Source of the DNA: Octopus sinensis
Taxonomy: Eukaryota
Reading direction: 5' to 3'
DNA length: 64,000 nucleotides
Assembly: GCF_006345805.1 (NCBI RefSeq)
Contig: NC_043009.1
Coordinates: 43,400,001 to 43,464,000 of the forward strand
Shown: positions 38,201 through 52,311 of the stretch, one piece after another
Numbering within the stretch: position 1 is the stretch's first letter
Layout of the letters: every line of letters starts with the position of its first letter
Translations under genes and position numbers: made by a program
The notes under the pieces: generated by a model
What the model was told of the DNA's origin: nothing
What the model saw: the letters and a program-made list of their open reading frames with translations, nothing else
The model's database searches: none

Positions 38201-38904
38201 TGATGTGATATCTTGTGAACAATTAAAAAAAGATTATGTTTATTGTTACTAAAAAACATTGAACTGGTAATGTGTGAGTCACGCACATACACACACGTAC
38301 ACACACATACTTAAACACACATACATACACGCACACACACACACTACATATACACAGAGGTTCGTACACATAATGAAACACATACACACATACATACGGA
38401 GGCACTTACAAATATGCATACATAAATATCTTAAGCATACATGTGCACACTCAGTCACATACATACATACACACATATATACACATACACATCCACACAC
38501 ATGCACACATGCATATACATGCACATACACACATACATATACATACACATACATACACATACACATAGATACACATACACACATACACACACACATACAC
38601 ATACATACATGCATACACACATACATACACATTCATACACATACATATATACATACATACATACATACATACATACTACACATTCATACACATACATACA
38701 TACACACATACATTCACACATGCACGCACACATGCACACACACACATACACATACACAAGTACATACACATACACACATGCACATACACACACATACACA
38801 CCATTCATACACACATGCACACATACATACACATACATACATACAAACATACATATATACACACATACATGCATACATACACACATACGTACACACATGT
38901 ATGC

Positions 38905-38940
<36 letters not shown>

Positions 38941-39119
38941 TCATTGGTGGTGGTACAACAAGGGTTGGTAACAGGAAAGGCATCTACCCAAAATAAACAC
39001 CATTCAATACTTGCAAGCATGAAGAGATGAACAGTAAATGACCATGATGAAGATGATGATGATGATGACAACGACAACGACGACGACGACGATGATGATG
39101 ATGATGATGATGATGGATG

Positions 39120-40640
39120 ATTCCTGTCACATGATCTCATATCATAATATGTCATAATTCTATTCTCGGAGTTATAAATCATAGATAAATTACTTCAGTC
39201 ACATGATGACATATCATGGCAGAATCATCATCACTCTGTTTTACGATTCAAATGTTTGACTTCTATCATAATATGTTATCTTATCATAATATGACATGTC
39301 ATAACATGTGTTCCAATATTTTTTTTTTTTTTGTCATGTAAGATGGTGAGCTGGTCAAAATGCTTAGCACGCCAGGCGAAACGCTTAGCAGTATTTCGTC
39401 TGTCCATATGTTCTGAGTTCAAATTCTGCCAAGGTTGGCTTTGCTTTTCATCCTTTCGGGGTCGATAAATTAAGTACCAGTTGCATACTGGAGTCGATCT
39501 AATTGACTGACCCCCTCCCCAAAAACTCCGGGTCTTGTGCCTAGAGCAGAAAAGAATATTTATTGTCATGTGACAACACATTGTAATGTCACTGTTCGAC
39601 AATGATTCAGATAATTGACCTCCGTCATAACATGTTATCTTATTATTATGACATGTCCTGTCATAAGTGATCTCTTGACCTGCCAGAAATAGCAGATAAA
39701 TATCCTGCAAATCACAATCACCTCACTACCTGAAAAGTGGTAGGAGATATTAGTATTCCAAATAAGGAAATCCTTGATACATCATATGTAACATATCATA
39801 ACATGTGACATGTCATAACATGCGACATATAATATCATGTCATAACAAGTGACATGTCATAATATGTTCCATGTCGTAACATGTGAGATGTAATGATATG
39901 TAACATATAACATGCCTTATGCTATAACATGTCATATGTAATAATACGTCATATGTCATAACGTATTACATGTCATAACATGTTATATGTCACACTCTGC
40001 TTTATTATTCAGATACTGTATGTGCAAGCACAACTCTGGGGTTATTAAATTTGATTCCTAATTGCATGGTTCTGGGTTTCAATGTCCCATTCTGTGACTC
40101 CTGGGTCACACAAAGCCTTGTTAGGGAATCAGTTGGCAGAAACAGAAAGAAATCTATTGCATTTATATGTGTGTGAGTGAGTGTGTGAGTGTGTATGTGT
40201 GTGTTTATGTGTGTGTGTGTCTCCTTTTCTTGACAGTGCCACTGTGTCACTGTCATAGAAAACAGTGTCATTTGTAATTTGTCATTCGTTTCCAATATTT
40301 TGCAAGAACACATCTGGCCATGGGGAAATATTACTTTACTTATAAACAAATAAGGGTTGGCAACAGGAAGGGCATCCAGCCTTTGAAAAAAAAACCTGGC
40401 CTCAGTAAACTCTGTCTAATCCATGCAAGCATGAAAATGTGAATGTTAAATTGTGATGGTGGTGGTGGTGGTAGAAGTGGTGGTGATGACGGTGGTAAAA
40501 ATGATGATGATGGTGATGATGATAGACAGACCGCCATCATAACATGTTATGGCATGCTTCACTCCCAGATCACATGTAAGATAGTCATGGCTCTTCATCA
40601 TAACATGTTATGTCATAATATATTCTGCCACATCTTAAAA
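39120..40640. repeat. Degenerate ATGTCATAAC/ATGTGAC minisatellite field with SINE and RTE insertions
   Basis: Densest at 39780-39990; SINE A at about 39340-39557. Confidence 0.65.
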
Positions 40641-40749
40641 ATCTTACATCACTCTCAGTTAAACAACTCAGATAGCCATTGATGTCCATCATTACATGTC
40701 AATAATTATTCAACCAACAAAAAAAAAATTAAATTCGGGATTTTATATT

Positions 40750-41140
40750 TACTCTTCTACTCTTTTACTTGTTTCAGTCATTTCACTGCGGCCACGCTGG
40801 AGCACCGCCTTTAGTCGAGCAAATCGACCCCAGGACTTATTCTTTGTAAGCCCAATACTTATTCTATCGGTCTCTTTTGCCAAACCGCTAAGTGACGGGG
40901 ACGTAAACACACCAGCATCGGTTGTCAAGCAATGCTAGGGGGACAAACACACACACATACACATATATACATATATATACATATATACGACAGGCTTCTT
41001 TCAGTTTCCGTCTACCAAATCCACTCACAAGGCATTGGTCGACCCGGGGCTATAGCAGAAGACACTTGCCCAAGATGCCACACAGTGGGACTGAACCTGG
41101 AACCATGTGGTTGGTTTGCAAGCTACTTACCACACAGCCA
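40750..41140 (-). mobile_element. SINE family B, full length
   Basis: Near-identical to 2020-2441. Confidence 0.9.
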
Positions 41141-41406
41141 CAAAAACAATTATAAAAAAAAAACTAGATTGACTGATTTTAAGATGGAATGATAACAGCA
41201 ATGTTGCTCAATGACCAAAAGAGCACCATTGCAAATATAACTGACCAAAATGGAGTTCCTTTGAGGGTCTCTGGAACAACAATAACAACAGTTTATTGGC
41301 ATGGCCTAAATCCTGTTTTCAGAACAATGAACTACACTTTTATTCTTCCTTCATAGAGGACCTGTCATTGCCACTACAAAAGCCTCTATATTTTTGCTTC
41401 AAGTTA

Positions 41407-41711
41407 CGAGGGGTGCTGACTAGTTCCCGGCTTTAAGGGTATTGCAAAAGGCCTGGTAGGAGGCCCAACCTTCTGAGTTCTTTTACAGGGCTTAGAAAAA
41501 CTGAAGGATTGCTGTGAATCTGAGAGGGGAATATTTTGAATAAAATCATAATTAAATAGGTATAGACATGGTGGTGTGGTAAGAAGTTTGCTTCCCACCT
41601 ACATAGTTCTGGGTTCAGTTCCTCTGCATGACACCTTGGGCAAGTGTCTTCTACTATAACTTTGATCCCATCAAAGCCTTGTGAGTGGGTTTGGTAGATG
41701 GAAACTGAAAG

Positions 41712-41758
<47 letters not shown>

Positions 41759-42154
41759 GATGAGTGTATTTTTCCTTTGTTAACAATTAACACAGAAAAA
41801 TAGATAAATAGTTACCAGGGTAGCAAAAAGGTCACACAAGTAATATATATATATGTGTATATATATACATATATATGTATGTCTTTGTGTCTATGTTTCT
41901 CCAACCACCATCACTCAACAACTGACGGTGATGTGCTTACATCCCCGTAACTTAGTGGTTCAGTAAAAGAGACCGATAGAATAAGTACTAGACTTACAAA
42001 GAATAAATCCTGGGTTGATTTCTTTGACTAAAAAAACCCTAAAGGCAGTGCTCCAGCATGGCTGCAGTCAAATGACTGAAACAAGTAAAAGAATAAAATG
42101 GATTCTCCTGTATATTCTCTTACCCAAAGCCAAGACCTTTTCGGCATCCCTTTG
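41407..42154 (+). mobile_element. Non-autonomous mariner element split by a SINE B (41562-42095)
   Basis: TA-CGAGGGGTGCTGACTAGTTCCCGGC at the left, GCCAAGACCTTTTCGGCATCCCTTTG-TA at the right; internal remnant ...VNLRGEYFE* is a mariner C-terminus. Confidence 0.65.
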
Positions 42155-42599
42155 TATGTATCACCTCTACTCAGACATTACTAACCTCTTTAACCCAATC
42201 CTTCTTCCCTGTGATGTTATCCCTCTGGAATTGCACCCTAGTGCAAATTTCTCTCCTCAAGGCATTGGCTTACACACACTGAAGGTGAACGCCAACCAGA
42301 ATGACCTCACTGGTCCTAGATAGGATTGCAAAGGTCATGGCTGGTGTGGAGTTTATTGTAGTCTAAGGTGGGAAAGAATAGATGAGCATCTTGAAATATT
42401 AGAGCATAGATGGAGAGGAGGGGACACACAGACAGGAGCCTGTTCAGATGGACAGATGGACAAATGGATGGGACGGATAGTGAGAGACAGACAGACAGAC
42501 AGAAACGGTGGAGCAGCAGAGCGGCAGCGGTAGTATGGCGGTATTGTGTTGGCAAGACAGGTTAACAAAGGAACATAACAATAAGACTCACCCACATAT

Positions 42600-43450
42600 G
42601 CATGCATGCATGCTTATGCACATGCATACACACACGTGTACACACATGCACATACACATACACACACGTGTACACACATGCACATACACATACACACACG
42701 TGTACACACATGCACATACACATACACACACGTGTACACACATGCACATACACATACACACACGTGTACACACATGCACATACACATACACTCACACACT
42801 CATGCACATACATAAGCACTCATGCATACACAGACACACGTGCATGCATGCTCATGCACACACATTGCACACATGCACGTGCACTCATGTGCATATCCAC
42901 ACACATGTATTTGTGCATGCACATGCATGCTCATGCACACCCACTTGCACACACATGCATACACACACGTGTACACACATGCACATACACATACACGCAC
43001 GTGTACACACATGCACATACACATACACGCACGTGTACACACATGCACATACATAAGCATTCATGCACACACAGACACACGTGCATGCATGCTCATGCAC
43101 ACACATTGCACACATGCACGTGCACTCATGTGCATATCCACACACATGTATTTGTGCATGCACATGTATGCTCGTGCACACCCACTTGCACACACATGCA
43201 TACACACATGTATGCACATGTGCACACACACACACATTCACACATATGCACATGCATACACACAGACATGTACACACACATGCATGCTCATGCACACCCA
43301 CTTGCACACACATTCACATGCATACACAAACATGTACACACATTCACATGCACATACACACACTCACACACATGCTCACACATTCACACACACACACACA
43401 GAAACACACAGACACACAGACATGCACACACACACTACATACACCCACAC
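42600..43450. repeat. CA-rich minisatellite (~34-bp unit) with a larger internal duplication
   Basis: Repeated CATACACACACGTGTACACACATGCACATACA units; block 42800-43030 recurs at about 43040-43210. Confidence 0.8.
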
Positions 43451-44481
43451 GCCTGCACATACGTGCACTCATTATTTAATTCAGAAAAACAAGCAGAGAG
43501 GTATAGGGACAAGGAAAGGACAATGGTAGGAGAGACAGACAGACAGACAGACAGTGAAAGAGAGATAGACAGAGAAAGAGAGATAGACAGAGAGAGGGAC
43601 AGGCAGAAAGGCAGAGACAGAGAAACAAAGAGAGAGAAGAAGTGAGTGAAAGACAGATAGATAGACAAACAGTCAGAGAAAGAGCTAGAGAGAAAGAGCT
43701 AGAGAGAAAACAGAGCGAGTGACAGATAGACAGAGACAGACAAGCAGAGAGAGGGGAAACAGAAAGAGACAGAAAGTGACAGAAAGAGAGAGAGAGACAG
43801 AGACAGAGACAGACAGACAGACGACAGACAGATAGATGGCTAGACAGACGGGCAGCAGATTGACAAAGAAACAGAACAAAGCAGACCGGCTGCATGCCTG
43901 TGCGAATGGGCAAGAATGGCCGACAGACAAACAGACTGACAGACAGACAAACAGGCAGGCAGGCAGGCAGACGGACGGACAGACAGACGAGCAGAAGGAC
44001 GGACGGACGGACGGACGGGCAGATGGATGGCCTACTGTCTCAGGAGGAACAAAAATAGGCAGAGAACTGGAAAAAAAAAAGAAAGAGAGAGAGAGAGAGA
44101 GAGAAAGAAAGCATGGGAGAAGGGAGAAGAAAGAGAAGGGGGAGGAAGAATTAGAAGTTGAAGGAAATTAGCAGAGGGTGGGTGTTTGGCAGGATCAGTG
44201 ACCAAGGTGTTGGTGGTGGTGGTGGTGGTGGTGGTGGTGGTGATGGTGAGATCTCTAAGAGATGGCTATGGTAGGAGGGTATGGTTGGGTAGGGGTGTGC
44301 TCATCTCTTAGAATCAGTTTTGTCTGCTGAAGAATGCCAATCTTGACAAACCTGATGAATCACAGAATTAGGCTGGTTCAACAATAATAATGATACAGGA
44401 TGACTTTTTCTTTGCACAAGGAATATGTTGATGCTGTTATGTACCACATACTGCAGGAATGGCAATTTTCTATGAACTTAT

Positions 44482-45698
44482 AGACACAAGCATGGCTGTG
44501 TGGTAGAGAGCTTCCTTGCCAACCATGTGGTTTGGTGTTCAGTTCCACTGCATGACACCTTGGGCAAGTGTCTGTTACTATAGCCTCAGACTGACCAAAG
44601 ATTTGTGAGTTGATTTGGTAGACGGAAACTGAAAGAAGCCTGTCGTATGTGTGTGTGTGTGTGTGCGCGTGTGTGTGTGTGTGTGTCTGTGTGTCAGTGT
44701 GTGTGTGTGTGTCTGTATTTTGTTACCACAACCACTTCACAACCAGTGTTGTTATGTTGTTTACATGCCCATAACTTAGCATTTCAACAAAAGTGACTGA
44801 CAGAATGAGTACCAGGCTTAACAAAAAAAAAAAATAATGAGTAAAGGGGTCGATTCATTCGGCTAAAAATTCCTCAAGCAGGTGCCACAGCATGGCCATA
44901 GTCTAATGACTGAAAAAAGTAAAAAGAAAGAAGATAAAAGACATACTACCACCACCAACAGCAACAACAACAAAAAAAAACCACTATCAACTACAACACA
45001 AACAATGACCACTACAACATATACTACTACATACATCATCAGCAGCCACCCTCACCAAATACGATTACAACAACTACGCAATCGCTAGCTGCTCCACTAC
45101 TGCCAGTACTATTACAATCAACAATACCACCGACAACAGCAACACAACCAATACAATTACCAGTAGTTGTAGACAGACAGAAAAATTAATTGATAGACAG
45201 ATAGATAGATAGATAGATAGATAGATAGTTGTATGTGTGTAAATAGATAGATAGATAAATACATACATACATACATACATACATACATACATGCATACTT
45301 ACTCTTTTACTCTTTTACTTATTTCAGTCATTTGACTGGGGCCATACTGGAGCACTGCCTTTAGTCGAGCAAATCGACCCCAGGACTTATTCTATGTAAG
45401 CCTAGTACTTATTCTATCGGTCTCTTGTGCCGAACCGCTAAGTTACGGGGGACGTAAACACACCAGCATCGGTTGTTAAGCAATGTTGGAGGGACAAACA
45501 TGGACACACAAACATATACACACACACATACATATATATATACATCTATACGACAGGCTTCTTTCAGTCTACCAAATCCACTCACAAGGCTTTAGACAGC
45601 CCGAGGCTATAGCAGAAGACATTTGCCCAAGGTGCCACGCAGTGGGACTGAAACTACTGAAACTACAAGCTACTTACCATACAGCTACTGCTATGCCT
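44482..45698. mobile_element. Two SINE family B copies in inverted orientation (44482-44935 +, 45298-45698 -)
   Basis: Family B head and tail motifs on opposite strands. Confidence 0.8.
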
Positions 45699-46179
45699 AT
45701 AAATACATACATACAAACATACATACATCATACATACATACATATATACATACGTACGTGCATACATAATACATATATACATAATACATACATACGTGCA
45801 TACAAACATAATACATATATACATAATATATACATACATACGTACATACATACATACGTACATGCATACATATAAAACCTCACAGTATTTCTAAACATGG
45901 CTGACATTGTAGCAATCAGAACCATCTCCTAAACAGCTAAAACTTCTAAATTACCTTTAATTCTTCTGTTTCTGTCTCAATATTTTTGTTGTTCTTATTA
46001 TTAATGTTTATTTTCATGGCTAACTTTCGCTAGTTTGTTATTTTGGTAACAAAAGCTGATGCTACATCTGTCTATCAAACTTTGTCTCTCTTGCAAGTTC
46101 TGTTTTGGTGTTTTGTCTGCAATATTCAGTTTGTTTTTTAAGTGCAGTATTGCAAGCTTATTCGTTTTCTCTCAGGGAT

Positions 46180-46217
<38 letters not shown>

Positions 46218-46220
46218 CTC

Positions 46221-46273
<53 letters not shown>

Positions 46274-47477
46274 CCATCTATCTATCTATCTATCTATCTC
46301 TATCTATCTATCTCGCTTTGTTCATAAAACACTAGAATACAGTATATGATGTTTACTGTAGAAGACAGGCAAAGGCTGGCATGTGGCCGTGAAAAGTACC
46401 ATGGCAAAGCTGGTGCTACATGTGTGCATGTGTGCATGTGTGCGTTTGTGTGTGTGTGTTACACACAGATACACATAGACACAAACACACATACACACAA
46501 ATATATACACATATGTATATAATACATATACACACACACACATGCACACACATATATACATACATGTGTATGTGTGTGTGTATGTATGTATGTATGTATG
46601 TATGTATAGACAATTGTGCAAATAAACAAATAAAACTGCTTGGGTTTGATATACAAAATATATATTCATGTATACACATAAATAGAGAGGAGGCAAAGAC
46701 TGAAAATTGACTCCATAAATATGTATATGTATGTATATATGTATATATATATGTGTGTGTGTGTGTGTGTATATATATGTAATATATATGTATATATATA
46801 TACACATATGATTAATCTTATCTTCCTTCCAGCCTGGTTATCGTTTGTTTACATATCAAGGTAGAAAAAGAACTCGTAACAAACGCAGGCTGTCAGGTAA
46901 AATGCTTAACAAAATGGCAATATTTAGTTTCATATCTCCACATTTTGTGTTCAAGTTCAACTCATGTTGGATTTATCTTACATTTAGTGAGCAAGAACTG
47001 TATGTGCATTTATGAATGCCATAGTGCTAATGTACTGAGAGAAATAAAAACTGGTCATCAGAGGAATCAGCTGTATGCAAGAAAAAATATGGCACTTCTA
47101 TGGTCATGTGATGCACATGATTACCCAATCATTTGATGCGATGATGGAGCTTGCAAAAAAAATGTGATGGAGGAGCTTAAAAAGAGATGCACTGATAATA
47201 GTGAAGGCTGACATAAGAAACTAGGGATAGGGTTGACTGGTCATACGTGGTTCTCAAGAAGGCTCACCAAGGACAGAGGGTCTAAGTTCTAGAAGTGAGC
47301 AGGTTCCTCTTCATAACACCCCCACCATTCAGTATCTCTCTAACTGCATCTTCTCTTTGATGTCACAAATCTTTCTTGCCACCCGGAACCATTTCTCTTG
47401 ACAGCCACATTTTACCACCTCAGGCCACTCAATGCCTCATGAATCAATTTGGTAGATAGGTACTAGGCTTACAAAGA

Positions 47478-47705
47478 GGCGGCGAGCTGGCAGAAACGTT
47501 AGCAAGCCGGGCGAAATGTGTCGCCGTATTTCGTCTGCCGTTACGTTCTGAGTTCAAATTCCGCCAAGGTCGACTTTGCCTTTCATCCTTTCGGGGTCGA
47601 TAACTTAAGTACCAGTTACGCACTGGGGTCGATGTAATCGACTTAATCCCTTTGTCTGTCCTTGTTTGTCCCCTCTGTGTTTAGCCTCTTGTGGGTAGTA
47701 AAGAA
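47478..47705 (+). mobile_element. Young SINE family A inserted into a SINE B tail, up to 22-bp direct repeat
   Basis: ATAGGTACTAGGCTTACAAAGA at 47456-47477 and 47706-47727; CpG-rich, undecayed body. Confidence 0.9.
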
Positions 47706-47818
47706 ATAGGTACTAGGCTTACAAAGAATAAGTCCTGGGGTCGATTTGCTCGACTAAAGATGGTGCTCCAGCATGGCCTCGGTCAAATGACTGAAACAAG
47801 TAAAAGAGTGTGTGTGTT

Positions 47819-47886
<68 letters not shown>

Positions 47887-48620
47887 TGTGTGCATGTGTG
47901 TTTAGGGTGGCTATTTTCCTTACCATCAAAGTATATTATTTGATCGTACAGACAATGTTATCCCATACTTTGATGCCATACCAAATCTAACTCAATGGAT
48001 ATGAAACTTTATACATTCCACAATTAAACCTTCTTAATCGCTGTTAATACTTTTTATTTTTTACATCCTTTTATTTCTTCTTTTAATAAAAAAAAAATGA
48101 TCAAACAATCTGTCAGTCATTTAACATGACAAAACCATCTGTTTTTTTAAATAATTAAAAATAATAATAATATTACTTCAATTGTTATTAATGTTTTTAT
48201 CATTGTTACTATTATTATTATTATCATTAATTATAACTATTACTATTATTATTACTATTATTATTATTATTATTATTATTATCATCATTATCATTATTGT
48301 TATTATTATTATCATTATTTTTGTTGTCGTTGTTGTTGTTATTGATATGATAAATAAAACACAGTTTTTCAATCACCACAAAATATAATTCAGAAAACAG
48401 AGAGGAGAGAAATGTTTTTTTTAATTTTTATTTTGATTTCATTTTCATTTTTATTTATTTAATCTATTTTATTTAATCTATTTATTTTATTTTTATTTAT
48501 TTATTTCCCAGTTTAAAAAAAAAATCGTCGTTTATTCTCTTCATTAATTTTTGCTTTCTTCATAAATAATATTTCTAGAAAAAAATTTATCATCTTTTGT
48601 TACTTGCATTTTTTGCTAAC

Positions 48621-48694
<74 letters not shown>

Positions 48695-48722
48695 CATAAT
48701 AATGATAATAATAATAATAATA

Positions 48723-48762
<40 letters not shown>

Positions 48763-48951
48763 TATTAATAATGATGATGATGATGATTATGATGAAATTA
48801 TTTTTATTATTATTTTGAAATTTTTTCTTTCAACTATTAAATAGACTTTTTGTCAAAAACAAAACAAAATTATTTATCAATAACTTATTTATCTAAATTT
48901 TGCTTTGTTGTAATTCTTTTATTATTATTTTTATTATTATTGTTATTGTTG

Positions 48952-48998
<47 letters not shown>

Positions 48999-49237
48999 GT
49001 AAATATTTATTGTCTTTTTTCAATGTTTATCATATTTTAAAAAATATATATAAGGTAATAATAACTGTAGATGAAAGCTTTTGAGAAATGAGAAAAAAGT
49101 TCTATAGAAACGGTAAAGGAAGCTGAAGTGTGTATGTGTTTTAGAGATATGAGTTCTGCCACCATCACAACCACCACCACCATCACTAGCCACAACACTG
49201 ACCAGCATTAAACCCAAAACCACCACTTTAAATATAC

Positions 49238-49269
<32 letters not shown>

Positions 49270-49381
49270 TCACCACTACTACTAGTGCTGTTACTACTAC
49301 TACTACTACCACCACTACCACTACTAGTACTTCTACCACCACCACCACCTTTACTGCTGCTGCTGTTACTACTACTACTAC

Positions 49382-49433
<52 letters not shown>

Positions 49434-49453
49434 GATGATGATAATAATAATAG

Positions 49454-49484
<31 letters not shown>

Positions 49485-49593
49485 GATAATGATAATGATA
49501 ATGATAATGATAATGATAATGATAATGATAATGATAATGATAATGATGATGATGATGATAATGATTATGATGATGATGATGATGATGATGATG

Positions 49594-49646
<53 letters not shown>

Positions 49647-49888
49647 ATCATTCCTAACTTTTACATCTCCAGATGATTCAGTATGGTTAAGGAGTACTTC
49701 TGAATTGTCACTGGATGTGCTAGAAGTTACAGCCAAATCTCCCTAAAACACACACACCCTATTGTCTTAAATATGGGAGGAATATACTAAATGGTGCTAC
49801 ACTACATATATTTTGAAATTATGGCATGGTCAGGGCTGGAATGCCTTCTGATCATAGATACATTCATTCAAAGCCGATGTGGAGTTAA

Positions 49889-50107
49889 CCCTTTCGTTAC
49901 TAACCCGGCTGAAACTGGCTCTGGCTCTGAGTACGAATGTCTTGTTTTCATAAGTTTTGAATTAAAATCTTCCACCAAACCTTACTCACAATTTATCTTC
50001 TTAACACTAGCTTAATGACTACTAAGTTATTTTACTAAATTCTTTCTTATATTTAAAGTAATCGAAAGAAATACAGAGCATCTCAAAATAAATACATAAC
50101 AAAAGGG
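49889..50107. mobile_element. piggyBac-type MITE
   Basis: TTAA|CCCTTTCGTTA...TAACAAAAGGG|TTAA; a related partial copy lies at about 61074-61270. Confidence 0.85.
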
Positions 50108-50468
50108 TTAAACAACATCATCCTCAAGATCCCTTAACTGAGGTAGCCAGTCTAGATGCTTTTGCAGTTAGCCCTTGCCACTGGTCACAGTTTTTACTGG
50201 AGGTAGGGTTATGGAGGGACATATGTATGATGGTTTTTAGCCACCCTCTTATATCTGACTGGTCAGACACCCTTCCTATTGTCAGCCCTCACCACTTTCC
50301 AAGCAAGGTAGTATTTCCTCATAAGTCAAACATATTTTTCACATAACACTGGAAGCAAACAACCTCACTTATATGACAGTGATGCTCATTTACAACCATC
50401 ACATCATGTCTAGACAAGGGTACACAACACCCCCCACACACACGTACATACATACATACATACATACA

Positions 50469-50500
<32 letters not shown>

Positions 50501-50846
50501 GACATTCATACATATAGACATTCATACAATGGGATTCTTACAGTTTCCATTTACCAAATCTGCTCACAAGGCTTTTGTCAACCTGAAACTACAATAGAAG
50601 GCATTTGCCCAAGGTGCTGCACAGTGGGACTGATCCCAAGACCCCATAGCTGGGAAGCAAGCTCCTTAACCATATGAATTGGATGTAGGATTTTCATGTA
50701 AGAGATTTTGGTTCAACTAGGGTCAAATGATGTTGGGTAAGAGGAGACAGAACTGACAAGCAGATTTCACCACCACTACTACCATCCATCTTTCACCACC
50801 ACTTTTACTGCTGCCACTGCTGCTACTGCTGCTGCTGCTGCTGCTG

Positions 50847-50898
<52 letters not shown>

Positions 50899-51008
50899 AA
50901 CTACTACTACTACTGAGAAAAAAGTAAAAGGTGTCTCTGCTGTGTCAAGGAGTCCAAGAAATGATCCAAAAGGAACCAGGAACTTGATCCAAATACATGT
51001 TACATTCA

Positions 51009-52311
51009 TAAACCTTTAGCACTCAAATTCCTGTGTCAAATGCATTGCTTATTTATTCACGTTGTTTTGAATTAATCACACATCATCTTGTAGCTTTGAG
51101 ATTTTTAGAATGACATTATAAGGCAAGTGTGAGAGGCTGGATATGGTCAGTTTTAACAGAAAACAGGTAGAATATTTGGGCTGGATATGGCCAGATTAAA
51201 TACTGACAGGTTAACTCTTTAGTACAATGATTCCCAACATGGGGCATATGCTCCACCAGTGGGGTGTGGTGTCCAAATTTTTTTTTAATGTTTCAGTGGG
51301 ACATGGAATTGTGAAAAATCTTTTTTTCATGCCAAACATACAACACTTATATGTTTTTCAATAGTGGGGTATACATTTTTCTGGAAAGTTAGAGCGGGGC
51401 TTTGAGGAAAATAGGTTGGGAAAGACTGCTTTGGCATTTAAACTAGTAGTTTCAACCAGGGCCCTTATATGGCCCCTAAGGGCCCATATAAGATTTTGGG
51501 GAGATAACTAAACAAAATAGTAAATTGGGGATCTACAATAGTATTTTAAGGGCCCCTGAAAAAGTTTTGCTTTAGACATATGTAGTGGTATGTATTGCAG
51601 GAAATAGCTAGGTTTCTTTCTCAAACATTTTACATAGTTCATCCTACACAAGTGAATGTGTGATAAACAAAATAAAAATTTTTGAAAGGAGCTTCTATTA
51701 AACTAGTTTTTAAACATTGAATAGTTATGGGGATGCCCCAAAATAGAATAGTAATCTATAGATAAAATGCGTTTGTGAATCCCTGCTTTAGCTGTATGTA
51801 TTGGTATGTATTGCAAGTAAACAGCTAGGTTTCTCTCTCTAACATTTTACGTAGTTCAACCTACACAGGTTAATGTATGGAAAAGAAAATAGGAAATTTG
51901 AAAGAAGTTCATGAACCCCTGCTTTATATGTCTGTATTGCAAGAAACAGTTTGGCTTCTTTCTTTAAGGTTTTATAGTTCAGCCTACACAAGTTGATATG
52001 TGAAAAACAAAGTAAGAATTTTTAAAGAAGCTTCAATAAAACATCAAATAGGGATCCACCAGAATGAAATAGTAATCAAAGCAGTTCATAGAGAAAAAAT
52101 TATCAAGAACCACTGATTTAAACAAGCCATTCGAGGCACAAGCATTCTACTTGTTTTATGGCTTCTCACACCTACCCTACAATGTCATTCTAAAGATAAG
52201 GAATCACACCATTAAAATCTCAAAGCTATGAGATAAAGCCTGATTAATTCAAAGCAATGTGAATAAATAAGCATTTAATTTGACAAAGTAAACTGAATAC
52301 TAAAGAGTTAA
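51009..52311. mobile_element. Two head-to-head piggyBac-type MITEs; the second contains two nested hAT-type MITEs
   Basis: Shared TTAA at 51211-51214 and terminal AAAGAG-TTAA at about 52308. hAT1 51225-51428 (CAATGATTCCCAAC/GTTGGGAAAGACTG, TSD CTTTAGTA/CTTTGGCA). hAT2 51444-52115 (TSD ATTTAAAC twice). Confidence 0.8.

Noticed and set aside
41175-41215. LRWNDNSNV peptide resembling a piggyBac-derived transposase motif
   Set aside because: Too short, and the frame does not extend.
42602-43645. 347-aa His/Thr/Cys-rich ORF
   Set aside because: CA-rich minisatellite open in several frames on both strands.
44320-44375. CTGAAGA and CTGATGA heptamers (also 54760 and 61098)
   Set aside because: No stem II followed by GAAA and no helix I pairing.
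46828-46893. Imperfect hairpin CAGCCTG..CGTTTGTT / AACAAACG CAGGCTG
   Set aside because: Stem is interrupted with a large loop; no recognisable miRNA or element ends.
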